DNA from: Spirochaetia bacterium
GTDB taxonomy: Bacteria; Spirochaetota; Spirochaetia; SZUA-6; Bin103
Reading direction: 5' to 3'
NCBI GenBank assembly: GCA_965203515.1
Contig: OZ241907.1
Location: 3,456,001-3,520,000 of the forward strand
Length of the DNA: 64,000 bases
Positions 54,647 through 64,000 of this stretch are shown piece after piece; the first letter of the stretch is position 1, and every line of letters starts with the position of its first letter. The notes beneath the pieces are model-generated. The model was not told the DNA's origin. It saw nothing but the letters and a program-made list of their open reading frames with translations, and did not search any database. The position numbers and the translations under genes were made by a program.

Positions 54647-55993
54647 TCAGCCGTCGGGCGCGAAGTAGCCGCTCACCTTCGCTTCCAGCTCCCACCACTC
54701 CGCGTCGGGGGCCGAGCCGGTCACCACGCCGTTGCCGGTGTAGAACGATACCGCTCCGTCGTCGATCAGCGCGGAGCGGATCGCCACCGCAAGGATCGCC
54801 TCGTCCTGACCGATCCAGCCGACCGGCGCGGCGTACCAGCCGCGGTCGAACGGCTCGTGCCGGGCCAGGAAGCGGCGCGCCGCCGCCGCCGGCGCGCCGC
54901 CGACCGCCGGCGTGGGGTGGAGCGCGTCGATCAGATCGGCTACGCCCACGCCGGGCGCCAACCGGCCGGAGAGCCGGCTCATCAGATGCTGTACGGCCGG
55001 CAGGCCCAGCACCTCGGTCGAGCCGGCCGTGGTGTGGGTGCAGAGGCCGCCGAGCGCTCCGGCGAGCGCGTCGTGGACGATGCGATGCTCCAGCAGGTCC
55101 TTGGCGGACGCCGCCAGCTCGCGCTGCAGGCGCCGATCGTCCTGCGTCGAGGCGCCGCGCCGCCGCGTGCCGGCGATCGCCTCGGTCTCCACCGCACCGC
55201 CGCGCAGGGAGAACAGCCGTTCCGGCGTGACGCTGACGAAGGCGGTACCGGGCCGGGGCTGCACCAGGAAGCGGAACGAGCGATCGCCGGCGCGGATCAG
55301 CGCCGACAGCAGCGCCGGCGGCGTGATCGGCATCGACGCGGTCGCGCCGGTGCGGCGCGCCACCACCACCTTGATCAGGGGATCGGCGGGATCGTCGATG
55401 ACCCGGAGCGCCGCGCGCACCAGCGTCTCCCAGCCCGAGCGGTCCGGCGTATCGGTACGGCGTTGCAGGCGGAGCGGCAGCGCGGCCGGTCCGGGAACGC
55501 CGGCCGGCGGCCTCCGCAACTCGGCCAGCAACGCCGGCAGGTCGCCCCGCTCCGAGGGCCGGAAGTTGCAGGCGAGCAGCGTGCTGCCGCCGCGCCTGAT
55601 CGCCTCGAAGCGGGGCACCACGAACCGATAGGCGCCGAGCGCCCGCCACTCCGGGGCCGGCGGCGCCTGCGGGTCGAAGCGCGTGCCGCCGTAGAAGCGG
55701 ACGCCCCGGTCGGCGGCTTCCAGGTGGGCGGTGATGCGCTCCATCCAGGGCGCCGCCCCGGACGCGATGGGGCCGGAGACGTCGATCAGGACACCTGCGG
55801 CAGCGGTCTCGTCCTGCCGGTCGCGGTCGGCCCAGTAGCACAGCTCCGCTTCCGGCCGGCCGGCCAGCCACGCGAGCGGCTCGACGCCGGCGGCCGTCTC
55901 CACGCGACAGATACCGCCTTCGTCCCGGATAGCGGCAGCGCGGCCGTTGGCGGAGCCGGTACGCGGCAGGGGCGGAGAGGCGACGTCGCTCAT
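54647..55993 (-). CDS. menF: Isochorismate synthase
   Basis: KVVVAR, TPERL, AIAGT, EH, LHPTPAVGG, RGWYA, IRSA. Confidence 0.94.
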   Translation of the reverse strand: MSDVASPPLPRTGSANGRAAAIRDEGGICRVETAAGVEPLAWLAGRPEAELCYWADRDRQDETAAAGVLIDVSGPIASGAAPWMERITAHLEAADRGVRFYGGTRFDPQAPPAPEWRALGAYRFVVPRFEAIRRGGSTLLACNFRPSERGDLPALLAELRRPPAGVPGPAALPLRLQRRTDTPDRSGWETLVRAALRVIDDPADPLIKVVVARRTGATASMPITPPALLSALIRAGDRSFRFLVQPRPGTAFVSVTPERLFSLRGGAVETEAIAGTRRRGASTQDDRRLQRELAASAKDLLEHRIVHDALAGALGGLCTHTTAGSTEVLGLPAVQHLMSRLSGRLAPGVGVADLIDALHPTPAVGGAPAAAARRFLARHEPFDRGWYAAPVGWIGQDEAILAVAIRSALIDDGAVSFYTGNGVVTGSAPDAEWWELEAKVSGYFAPDG

Positions 55994-56027
55994 GCGGTCG
56001 TCGACAGTATAGCGCGGGAGGCCTTCA

Positions 56028-56723
56028 TCACTTGCGCGCCAGATAGAGCATGGCGATCCCGAACGTGAGGCGGCGGGCGGTGATCGCCGCGAAGCCGGCG
56101 CGCCGCAGCATGGCGGCGAAGCGCGGCCCGGAGGGGAACGCTTCGACCGAGGCGTTCAGATAGCGGTATGCCTGCGCGTCGCCGGACAGCAGTCGGCCGA
56201 TCGCCGGCAGCACGTGGCGAAAGTAGGCCAGGTACGCCGCGCGCAGCCGCGGCGATTCGGGGAGCGAGAACTCCAGGACCGCCAGCGTGCCGCCGCGCGC
56301 GAGCACGCGGTGCATCTCGGCCAGGGCGCGCGGCCGGTCGGCCATGTTGCGGATGCCGAAGGCGACCGTGACCGCGTCGAAGGCGCGGTCCGCGAACGGC
56401 AGCCGATGGGCGTCGCCCAGCGCGACCTGCGCGGCGCAGCCGGCGCGCGCCAACTTGTCGCGGGCGATGCGGAGCATGTCCGGGGCCACGTCGACTCCCA
56501 CGGCGCGGGTCAGGCGCGGCAGGCGCCGGTCGATCGCCAGCAGCAGGTCGGCGGTGCCGGTCGCCACGTCCAGGACGCTGTTGATGCGGCGGGCGGCGAG
56601 CGCGCGGGCGACGCAGTCGCGCCAGCGGACGTCGGCGCGCAACGACAGCAGCCGGTTGAGGCGATCGTAGGTCGGCGCGATGCGGTCGAACATCGCCCCG
56701 ACGTCGGAGATGCCCGGCGCCAT
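56028..56723 (-). CDS. menG: Demethylmenaquinone methyltransferase (UbiE/MenG)
   Basis: MFDRIAPTYDRLN, LDVATGTAD, AFGIRN, LEFS, AYRYL..S. Confidence 0.93.
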   Translation of the reverse strand: MAPGISDVGAMFDRIAPTYDRLNRLLSLRADVRWRDCVARALAARRINSVLDVATGTADLLLAIDRRLPRLTRAVGVDVAPDMLRIARDKLARAGCAAQVALGDAHRLPFADRAFDAVTVAFGIRNMADRPRALAEMHRVLARGGTLAVLEFSLPESPRLRAAYLAYFRHVLPAIGRLLSGDAQAYRYLNASVEAFPSGPRFAAMLRRAGFAAITARRLTFGIAMLYLARK

Positions 56724-56785
56724 ACGGTCTCACTATGGGGTTGCCGGGGAGCGCCGACAACCGTCTGCGCCGGCGCCATCGACGG

Positions 56786-57907
56786 TCACCATTGGCGTCG
56801 CTCATCGGTCCCATCGGCCGCGGCGGCGATCAGGCACGCGCCGCGGCGCGGGTCGATGGCGCAGGTCACCGTCGAGCCGAGCGGCGGCAGGGCCTGATCG
56901 GCGGCTACCCGGAACCGCAGCTCGACGCCCCTCACCGTGATCCGTACGCGCTGCGCCGCGCCGCGGAACGAGCGGCCGGTCAGCTCGCCGCGCAAGACCC
57001 AACGGCCGGCGTTCGAAGTCGGCGCTTGCCGTTCGGCGGCAGCGCGATCGAGGATCGAGATGCCGGTGGGCCGCAGCAGCAGCGCCTCCTCCTCCTGACC
57101 GCCGGCCGGGAGCGGCAGCGCGTCTGCCGGCAGCACGCCGAGCGGGGTGCGCAGCACCGGGCGTCCGCCGCGTCGGTCCCGGCGGGCGGGGAGCAGGTTG
57201 TCCAGGCCCAGGAACCGGGCCACGTACTCGCTGCCGGGCGCGCGGTAGATCGCCTCCGGCGTGCCGACCCGGACGATGCGGCGGGGCTCCATGACCGCCA
57301 CCCGGTCGGCGACCGCCAGCGCTTCTTCCACGTCGTGCGTGACGTAGATGGCCGGCAGGTCGAGTTCGCCGAGGATCGCGCCCAGGTCGTCCGCCAGCCG
57401 GTCGCGCAGGTTGCGGTCCAGGGCGGCGAGCGGCTCGTCGAGCATCAGCAGGCGCGGCTCCGGCGCCAGCGCGCGCGCCAGCGCCACCCGCTGGCGTTCG
57501 CCGCCGGACAGGGTGGTGACGTCACGGCTGCGCAAGTGTCCGAGCCCGACCAGGGAGAGCACCTCCGCCACCCGCTCTTGCAGCCGTGCCGGCCGCGTGC
57601 GGCGGATGCGCAAGCCGAAGGCGACGTTCTCGAAGACGTTCAGGTGCGGGAACAGCGCGTAGTCCTGGAACACCATCCCGAATCGGCGGGACTCGGGCGG
57701 ACTGCCGGCCAGTTCCTGTCCGCGCCACAGGATCGTCCCGTCGTGCGGCTCCAGGCCCGCCACCACGGCCAGCAGCGTGCTCTTGCCGCAGCCGCTCGGA
57801 CCGAGCAGCGCCACCGTCTCGCCGCGATGGACCTGCAGGTCGACCCGATCGAGCGCGAGCGTCTCACCATAGCGCTTGCTCACGCCGCGCAGCTCCAGAT
57901 CATTCAC
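56786..57907 (-). CDS. thiQ: Thiamine ABC transporter ATP-binding protein
   Basis: GPSGCGKS, LSGGE, MLDEP, VTHD; third gene of the TPP-regulated operon. Confidence 0.85.
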   Translation of the reverse strand: MNDLELRGVSKRYGETLALDRVDLQVHRGETVALLGPSGCGKSTLLAVVAGLEPHDGTILWRGQELAGSPPESRRFGMVFQDYALFPHLNVFENVAFGLRIRRTRPARLQERVAEVLSLVGLGHLRSRDVTTLSGGERQRVALARALAPEPRLLMLDEPLAALDRNLRDRLADDLGAILGELDLPAIYVTHDVEEALAVADRVAVMEPRRIVRVGTPEAIYRAPGSEYVARFLGLDNLLPARRDRRGGRPVLRTPLGVLPADALPLPAGGQEEEALLLRPTGISILDRAAAERQAPTSNAGRWVLRGELTGRSFRGAAQRVRITVRGVELRFRVAADQALPPLGSTVTCAIDPRRGACLIAAAADGTDERRQW

Positions 57908-57952
57908 CGGGGTCCCCGGTTATCCACCCGTTCATGCCGGGATCGCGCGCCA

Positions 57953-59611
57953 TCAGAAGCTGCTGACGCGCGCCACGCGCAAGCGTTCGATCGCGGTCAC
58001 CACCACCGCGGTGACGAGCATCAGGATGGTGGCCAGGGCCAGCGCCTGCCCGATGTTGAGGGCGCCGGGGCGGCCGAGCAGGCGGAAGATGGCGAGCGGG
58101 ATGGTCGGCAGGTCGCCGCGCGCGACGATCGCGGTCGCCCCGAACTCGCCGAGCGAGATCGAAAAGGCGAAGGCCGCCGCCACGCCGACCGCGCGGGCCA
58201 CGATCGGCAGCTCCACGCGGCGCACCACCGCCGCACGGGCGGCGCCCAGCGCGCGCGCGGCGTGGATCAGGCGCGGTTCCACGGCGGCGAGCGCCGGCGC
58301 CAGGCTGCGCACCACGAACGGCAGCGCGACCAGCGCGTGCGCGATCGGGATCAGCGCCGGCGACGCCCGCAGGTCGAACGGCGGCCGGTTCAAGGTGACG
58401 ATGAAGCCGAGCCCCAGCGTCACCGCCGAGGTGCCGAGCGGCAGCATCAGCAGCGGGTCGAACAGCCGGGACGAACGCGCCGCGCCGCGCCGTCCCAGCG
58501 CCCAGGCGGCCGGCGTTCCGACCGCCAGCGCGATCGCCGTGGCCGCCGCCGCGAAGCCGAGCGAGTTGCGCACCGCCGCCAGCGCGCTGCCGTGAAAGGC
58601 GCCCTGCCGGCTCTCCACGCCCAGCGCGCGGTAGAACGCCAGGGTCGCGCCATCCGCGCCGGTGACCGAGCGGGCGGCGAGCGCGACCAGCGGCGCGAGC
58701 TGGAAGACCGTGATCGCCAGCAGCACGACCGCCGCCGCGGCGCGGGCCGAACGGCCGGTCAGGCGCCGCTCGTTGCTGTGCGGAGCGCGCATCGGCAGCG
58801 GCCGGCTCACCCGCTTCATCAGCCGCGCGTAGGCGATGCCCAGGACCAGCGTGACGCCGACCTGCACGAGCGCCAGCGAGGCGGCGACCGGCAGATCGAA
58901 CAGGCTGACCGTCTGATAGTAGATCTCGACCTCGATCGTGGCGAAGCGCGGTCCGCCCAGGATCAGCACCACCCCGAAGGAGGTGAAGCAGAAGATGAAC
59001 ACCAGCACCGCCGCCGCCGCTACCGGCGCCGCCAGTAGCGGCAGGCTGACCCGCAGCCAGCGCTGCACGGCTCCGGCCCCCAGGGTGCGCGCCGCATCCC
59101 ACAGGCGGCGGTCGATGCGCGACCAGTAGTCGCCCACCAGCCGCAGCACGATCGTCGTGTTGTAGAACACGTGCGCCGCCAGTATGGCGCCGAGCGTGCG
59201 CGTGAAGCGGAGCGGCGGCAATCCGACCGCTTCCAGCGCGGCGTTGACCCAGCCGCGCGCGCCGAGCAGCGCGTCGAAGGAGGCCGCCACCACCAGCGTG
59301 GGCAGCACGAACGGGACCGCGGTGAGCGCGCGGAACAGCGCCTTGCCGGCGAACCGGTAGCGGGCCACCAGGTAGGCGCCCGGCAGCCCGACGAGCAGCG
59401 TGAGCGCCGTGGACGCCGCCGCCTGCCCGAAGGTGAAGAGGACCACGCGCCCGGTCGCCGGCGCGGTCAGCGTTCGCAACAGGCCGTCGGCGTCGCGGGC
59501 GAAGCTGATCGCCGCAATGCCGGAGAGCGGCCGGAAGTAGAACAGCGCCAGGAAGGCGAGCGGCCCTGCCCACAGCAGGGCCGGCGTCAGCGCAGCACGA
59601 CCTCGGTCCAT
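57953..59611 (-). CDS. thiP: Thiamine ABC transporter permease
   Basis: Duplicated permease halves (DAARTLGA / AARALGA), FTSFG, SLGEFGA. Confidence 0.88.
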   Translation of the reverse strand: MDRGRAALTPALLWAGPLAFLALFYFRPLSGIAAISFARDADGLLRTLTAPATGRVVLFTFGQAAASTALTLLVGLPGAYLVARYRFAGKALFRALTAVPFVLPTLVVAASFDALLGARGWVNAALEAVGLPPLRFTRTLGAILAAHVFYNTTIVLRLVGDYWSRIDRRLWDAARTLGAGAVQRWLRVSLPLLAAPVAAAAVLVFIFCFTSFGVVLILGGPRFATIEVEIYYQTVSLFDLPVAASLALVQVGVTLVLGIAYARLMKRVSRPLPMRAPHSNERRLTGRSARAAAAVVLLAITVFQLAPLVALAARSVTGADGATLAFYRALGVESRQGAFHGSALAAVRNSLGFAAAATAIALAVGTPAAWALGRRGAARSSRLFDPLLMLPLGTSAVTLGLGFIVTLNRPPFDLRASPALIPIAHALVALPFVVRSLAPALAAVEPRLIHAARALGAARAAVVRRVELPIVARAVGVAAAFAFSISLGEFGATAIVARGDLPTIPLAIFRLLGRPGALNIGQALALATILMLVTAVVVTAIERLRVARVSSF

Positions 59612-60669
59612 TCCCTGATCCAGCGTTCCCGGTTGGCGGCGATCAGGGCGGGATCGAGCAGCGCCGGCTCGTCAGGGACGGCCAGGAAGTCGACGAACTC
59701 CTTCTGCAGGACCGCGTCCCGGTTGACCGGAAACACGAACATGTTGAGCGGCAGGTCCTCCTGGAACGGCAGCGACAGCATGAAGTCGACCCACAGCTCG
59801 GCCAGGTCGCGGTTCTCGGCGCCGGCCAGGATGCCCACGAACTCGATCTGCCGGAAGCAGGAGAGCGGCCCGGTGACCGCGGCGGTCGGCGGCTCGGCCG
59901 GCGGCGACTCCGCGTACAGCACCTCGAACGGCGGGCTGGAGCCGTAGGAGACGACGATCGGACGCGGCCCCCGGCCGGCGGAGCCGGTGAACTCCTGGTA
60001 GTAGGCGGTCTCCCAGTCGTTGACCACCAGCACGTCGTTGGCGACCAGCGACCGCCAGTAGTCGAGGTAGCCCGGGTCGCCGTAGCGGGCCACGGTGGCC
60101 ATCAGAAAGGCGAGTCCGGGCGAAGAGGTAGCCGGGTTCTGCACCACCGTGAGTCCGCGGTAGGCGGGATCGATCAGGGCGTCCGGATCGGCCGGCGGCG
60201 GCGGACCGTCGTCGCCGAATGAGGCGACGTGGTAGTTGAGGCAGACGTCGCCGTAGTCGACCGGCAGCGCCCGGTGCGAGGGATCGATACGGAACTCCGC
60301 CGGCACGGCCGCCAGCAGCGCGGACCGGTACGGCTCCAGGATGTCCTCGTCCAGGGCGCGGCTCAGAAAGGTGTTGTCGATCCCGTAGATGACGTCGGCC
60401 AGCGGCTTGCCGCGCGCCAGGATCGCCTTGTTGAGGGCGGTGCCGGTGTCGCCGGCCTCCAGGATGCGGACGCGGATGCCGTGCCGGTCTTCGAACGCCG
60501 CCAGCACCTCTTCCGAGACGGCGAACGAATCGTGCGTCATCACCGTGACGGTGCGCCGCAGGTCGGCCGTCTCCGCCTCCGGGTCGGCGAACGCCGCAAG
60601 CGGCGCGGCGATGAGGGCGACGGCGACGAGCAGGCGGGCGGTGCGCCCGCCGCGTGCGATGCGATCCAT
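59587..60669 (-). CDS. thiB: Thiamine ABC transporter substrate-binding protein
   Basis: MTHDSF, DYGDVCLNY, NPATSSPGLAF, VVSYGSSP, CFRQIEF; AGGAGG SD. Confidence 0.92.
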   Translation of the reverse strand: MDRIARGGRTARLLVAVALIAAPLAAFADPEAETADLRRTVTVMTHDSFAVSEEVLAAFEDRHGIRVRILEAGDTGTALNKAILARGKPLADVIYGIDNTFLSRALDEDILEPYRSALLAAVPAEFRIDPSHRALPVDYGDVCLNYHVASFGDDGPPPPADPDALIDPAYRGLTVVQNPATSSPGLAFLMATVARYGDPGYLDYWRSLVANDVLVVNDWETAYYQEFTGSAGRGPRPIVVSYGSSPPFEVLYAESPPAEPPTAAVTGPLSCFRQIEFVGILAGAENRDLAELWVDFMLSLPFQEDLPLNMFVFPVNRDAVLQKEFVDFLAVPDEPALLDPALIAANRERWIREWTEVVLR

Positions 60670-60715
60670 GCGAGCCTCCTGTGTCTTCGGGGTCCCGCGA
60701 TGGTCGATCGCGTGA

Positions 60716-60813
60716 GAGATACATCCCTCCGCCGGCATTACCCGGATCAGGTGGTGCGAGTCGAGGGCTGCTGCGCCCCCCTCTCAGCCCGGCGCTACCG
60801 GGCTCCCCGTGAG
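60716..60813 (-). ncRNA. TPP riboswitch
   Basis: Minus strand GGGGAGCC...GGCTGAGAG...ACCTGATCCGGGTAATGCCGGCGGAGGGA upstream of thiB. Confidence 0.95.
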
Positions 60814-60887
60814 TCGGCAAGCATCATGGCCTGCGCGCGCGGGCTCGGTCAAGCGCGGCAAGACCGTGCTCGACGCGGCCTCGGGGC

Positions 60888-60920
60888 TGCAGGGGGTAGC
60901 GCCCGGCGCTACCCCCTGCA
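60888..60920. repeat. Perfect 16-bp inverted repeat (terminator- or REP-like)
   Basis: TGCAGGGGGTAGCGCC-C-GGCGCTACCCCCTGCA just downstream of the 60947 gene; no U-tract. Confidence 0.8.
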
Positions 60921-60946
60921 ACGATCGGTGGCGGAACCGCGCCGCC

Positions 60947-62035
60947 CTACTCGGCCGCGATCGGCAGATGGGCGACCACGCCGGCGTGGTCGGACGGCCA
61001 CAGGCCTGAAGGCGTCCGGTCGTCCGCGGTGTCGCCCACGGTCATCGTGCGGATCGCTTCGCCTTCCCGCAGCGTCACGCCCTTGATGAAGATCAGATCG
61101 ATCCGCTTTTCCTCCTTACTCATACTCATCGAATTCTTCAGGTCGTCGGCCTGACAGCAGGTGTAACCGCTGCCATCGGAGTCCGCCTGCCACGCGTCCT
61201 GATACCCGGCGCCGACGATGGCCTGGTATGCGGCGCCGTCCGGAGCCTCGGTGTTGAAGTCCCCCAGCAGGATCACCGGCGAGGTCTTGTCGCTCAGGCT
61301 GGCGATCAGCTCCTGCGCCTGGGCGAGGCGAATCGGGTCCCCGAAATGCTCCAGATGCGTGTTCACGACGTGGTAGGTCACGCCGCTTACGGTGACGTCC
61401 ACGGCCACGTAGCCGCGCGGGACCGAGACGCCGAGATCGTCGACCGGCAGTTCGGCCCGGTACTTGTCGGACTTCGCGTCCGCGCCCGCCGTGACGTCGC
61501 TGCGAACCAGGATCACGTCATGGTCGGTGAGGCGCAGGTCGACGAACGTCGTCGGGGAGGTCGCCATCGGCATCTCGAGATCGAAGGTCTCAACCCTGCC
61601 GGCCTCGCGATAGCTCAATCCTTCGCTCTTGAGCGCCTCCAGCACCACTTTCGAGAAATCGGATACGACCGTCTCGGCGTTGGGCCCTGGGTTCGTGAAC
61701 GAATCCGCGGGGTCTTGCCTGCGAACCAACGAAATCTCCTGCAGCCCGATCACGTGAGGCTGGGCTTCCTTCACGGTCTTGGCGATCGCCGCCGCGCGTT
61801 CGGGGAACTTCGATGCCACGTAGGTCCGGTAGAACTCGGCGACTTTCGGTGGTACCTGCGTCGGATCCTTCGTATTCAGGATCGCCTCCGGGGGCGCTCC
61901 GACGTAGACGTTGTACGTCATCACCGTGAGCGTCGGCGGCTGCGGGCGCCGCCCAAATCCTGCGCACCCGGCCATGGCTGCGAGCATCATCACGCACGAC
62001 AGGCCGATCGCGGCCTTCGCTATCGATCTGGACAT
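60947..62035 (-). CDS. Endonuclease/exonuclease/phosphatase family lipoprotein
   Basis: Lipobox MAG-C; MTYN, GLQE, NTHL, LGDFN, RID, PSDH. Confidence 0.9.
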   Translation of the reverse strand: MSRSIAKAAIGLSCVMMLAAMAGCAGFGRRPQPPTLTVMTYNVYVGAPPEAILNTKDPTQVPPKVAEFYRTYVASKFPERAAAIAKTVKEAQPHVIGLQEISLVRRQDPADSFTNPGPNAETVVSDFSKVVLEALKSEGLSYREAGRVETFDLEMPMATSPTTFVDLRLTDHDVILVRSDVTAGADAKSDKYRAELPVDDLGVSVPRGYVAVDVTVSGVTYHVVNTHLEHFGDPIRLAQAQELIASLSDKTSPVILLGDFNTEAPDGAAYQAIVGAGYQDAWQADSDGSGYTCCQADDLKNSMSMSKEEKRIDLIFIKGVTLREGEAIRTMTVGDTADDRTPSGLWPSDHAGVVAHLPIAAE

Positions 62036-62116
62036 GGGGTTACCTCCTCACATAGGTCACGTGTCGTTTCAGTCCGGCGATCCGTAGCGTACCCGAAAAT
62101 CCGGGACAGCACGGGG

Positions 62117-64000
62117 TCACGGCGTCAGGGCGGGCACGGGGGCGCGGACGGCGTCCGGCTCTGCCGGCTCGGTGGCCGGCTCGGTGAGCGCGGCGCGCAG
62201 CAGGCGCTTCCGCACCGCCCAGCCGTCTTCCGGGGAGAGGCGTTCGCAGCAGATCACCCGGCCGCCGTCGAGCACGGCGATCGGCCGGCCGGCGCGGTAC
62301 GCGACCCGGTTGCCGGTGCGCGCCGCGAGCTTGGCGCCGGACGGGACGGTCACTCCCAGCGCGTTGGCCGGATCGACGGCGCTCAGCACGGTCACCTCGC
62401 CGGTCGTTTCGGTGCGCCGCACCTCGCGCAGCGCGCCGACCGCCTCCGGCAGGGCGAACTGCTCGCCGCCGACGCCGGACACGAAGTGACCGCCGCGTAT
62501 CTCGCCCCGCGCCTCCAGCCGGCGCAGCGCGCGTACCAGCTCCCGCCACGGCGGCACGCGCGGCTCGCGTTCCGTGAGGCGGCGGAACACTACCCCGTAC
62601 CGCTTCAGGAGCACGCGCGCGGCGGTCTCGCGCGCGGCCTCGTCACTCCCTTCGCCGTCATCATCCGGCCGCGCGGCCGGGCGCGCCAGCGACCAGCGGC
62701 CGGCGGTCTCCAGAGACGACTGCTGCCGGCGATAGACGCCGCCGAACCGGCGCCGGCTGCCGCCGGTCCGGCCGTTGGCCGCCGCCGGCCCGATCAGCGC
62801 GCGCAGCCCGGCGAAGCCGTCGCAGGTCACCAGCCCGGCCGCGACCAGCTCGCCGAGCGCGGCCTCCACCTGCGTGCGGAGCAGCCGGGTGCCGGCCACG
62901 ATGTCATCGAAGAAGGACGCGCCCGCCGCTTGCAGCACGCCCTGCACCGCCCGCGCCGCGGCGGTCGCCGGCGCCGGCGGCGAGCCGGACGCCAACCGCT
63001 GCCACACCGGCCGGCGCTCGCGGCCCAGCAGGGCGATGCGCGTCGCCTTGACCGGCCCGCCGGCGGTGTCGTCAGGGAACCGCGCCCAGAGCAGGCGGCC
63101 CGACAGGCAGAACGCGTCGAGCCAGGCCGGATCGTAGTCGCGCACCCGCGTCGGCAGCACTGCGCTCTCCCACGCCGCCGCCGGCACCTCCACGCCGTCG
63201 AGCACCGCCAACACCTGCGCCAACCCGTCCGCGCCGGCCAAGCGGTGCGCCGACCCCACGTGCTGCCAGCGCATCAGGAAACGCTGGTAGTCGGCCTTGG
63301 AGACCGGCTCGATCTCCCGCCGCAGGCGGTCCAGGGTGTAGCGGTTGATGCGCGCCAGCAGCCGCCGCTCGCACCACTCCTCGCCGCCGCCGGCATCCGG
63401 CCCGCCCCCGGCATCCGGCCCGCCGGTGAAGCGGCCCCGCATCACGAACCCCTCGGTCTCCAGGGCGGCGAGCGCCGCGGCCACCGCCGGCGGCGGCTGC
63501 CCGATGGAGGCGGCCAACTCCTCCCCGGTCACCGGTCCGAGCGCTTCCAGACGGCCGCGCAGCAGCTCGCGCAACGCCTCCTCCGGCTCATAGGCGCGCA
63601 GGTAGCGGTCCGGGACCGCCAGCGCCGGCGTGCGCTCGGCGTCCGGGGAAAGCGCGCGCCACTCCGGCAACCGTTCGGCGGCCACCCACAAGGGGCCGGC
63701 CGGCGAGGTCTGCCGCGCCGCCCGGCCTTCGGCGGCCAGGCGCTCGAACGGCTCGATCCAGCTCCGGGCGCCGTCGCCGCGCCGGCCCTCGGCCTCGGTC
63801 AGGTAGCCGAGCAGCACCAGGGCGTCGTGCAGGTCGTCGGCGTCCTCTACGCGCGGCCACGCCTCGTTGCGCACGCGCGCGATCGCTCCGGGGTCGAGCG
63901 CGCCCAGCTCGCGCGCCTCCTGCGGGTCGAGCCAGCGGCGGTTGCGCACCGCCTGCGTGCGCCGCTCCTCCAGCGGCGCGTCGTCGAGAAAGGCGTACGG
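62117..64000 (-). CDS. lhr: Lhr-family helicase, C-terminal portion (5' part off window)
   Basis: WCERRLLARI, AWE..VLP.RV, LLKRYGVVFR, RGEIRGGHFVSG..GEQFA, DPAN. Confidence 0.85.
   Translation of the reverse strand, partial: PYAFLDDAPLEERRTQAVRNRRWLDPQEARELGALDPGAIARVRNEAWPRVEDADDLHDALVLLGYLTEAEGRRGDGARSWIEPFERLAAEGRAARQTSPAGPLWVAAERLPEWRALSPDAERTPALAVPDRYLRAYEPEEALRELLRGRLEALGPVTGEELAASIGQPPPAVAAALAALETEGFVMRGRFTGGPDAGGGPDAGGGEEWCERRLLARINRYTLDRLRREIEPVSKADYQRFLMRWQHVGSAHRLAGADGLAQVLAVLDGVEVPAAAWESAVLPTRVRDYDPAWLDAFCLSGRLLWARFPDDTAGGPVKATRIALLGRERRPVWQRLASGSPPAPATAAARAVQGVLQAAGASFFDDIVAGTRLLRTQVEAALGELVAAGLVTCDGFAGLRALIGPAAANGRTGGSRRRFGGVYRRQQSSLETAGRWSLARPAARPDDDGEGSDEAARETAARVLLKRYGVVFRRLTEREPRVPPWRELVRALRRLEARGEIRGGHFVSGVGGEQFALPEAVGALREVRRTETTGEVTVLSAVDPANALGVTVPSGAKLAARTGNRVAYRAGRPIAVLDGGRVICCERLSPEDGWAVRKRLLRAALTEPATEPAEPDAVRAPVPALTP

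Overview
This is a very GC-rich bacterial chromosomal window with about 55 genes and no rRNA, tRNA or CRISPR array. The Uma2, Rpn, AAA-PD-(D/E)XK and CotH paralogs suggest a host-associated symbiont, possibly a Spirochaetota MAG (inference only). Housekeeping blocks are a two-helicase/nuclease/RecJ operon, rsmI-tgt plus an ArmA/Rmt-like 16S methyltransferase, trkAH, a sugar ABC/ROK/aldolase catabolic cluster, menG-F-D-H-B-A-E (no menC), a TPP-riboswitch thiBPQ operon and a partial Lhr helicase. The strongest candidate for a new system is at 24.4-29.3 kb. Two tandem Gly/Ser/Thr-rich lipoproteins each have 14 [10 protein letters not shown] repeats, conserved ends and a divergent centre. Each has a C20-C21 tract just after an SD plus start codon; as assembled, copy 1 is out of frame and copy 2 in frame, which points to a phase-variable adhesin pair. 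Other accessory features are a lower-GC MqsR-like/MqsA-like/KGGVGR-ATPase-TPR three-gene island, internal RpnS starts in both rpn genes, a decayed higB, a frameshifted cotH and a bacterial cereblon-like gene. All calls come from motif recognition by eye; no searches were run.
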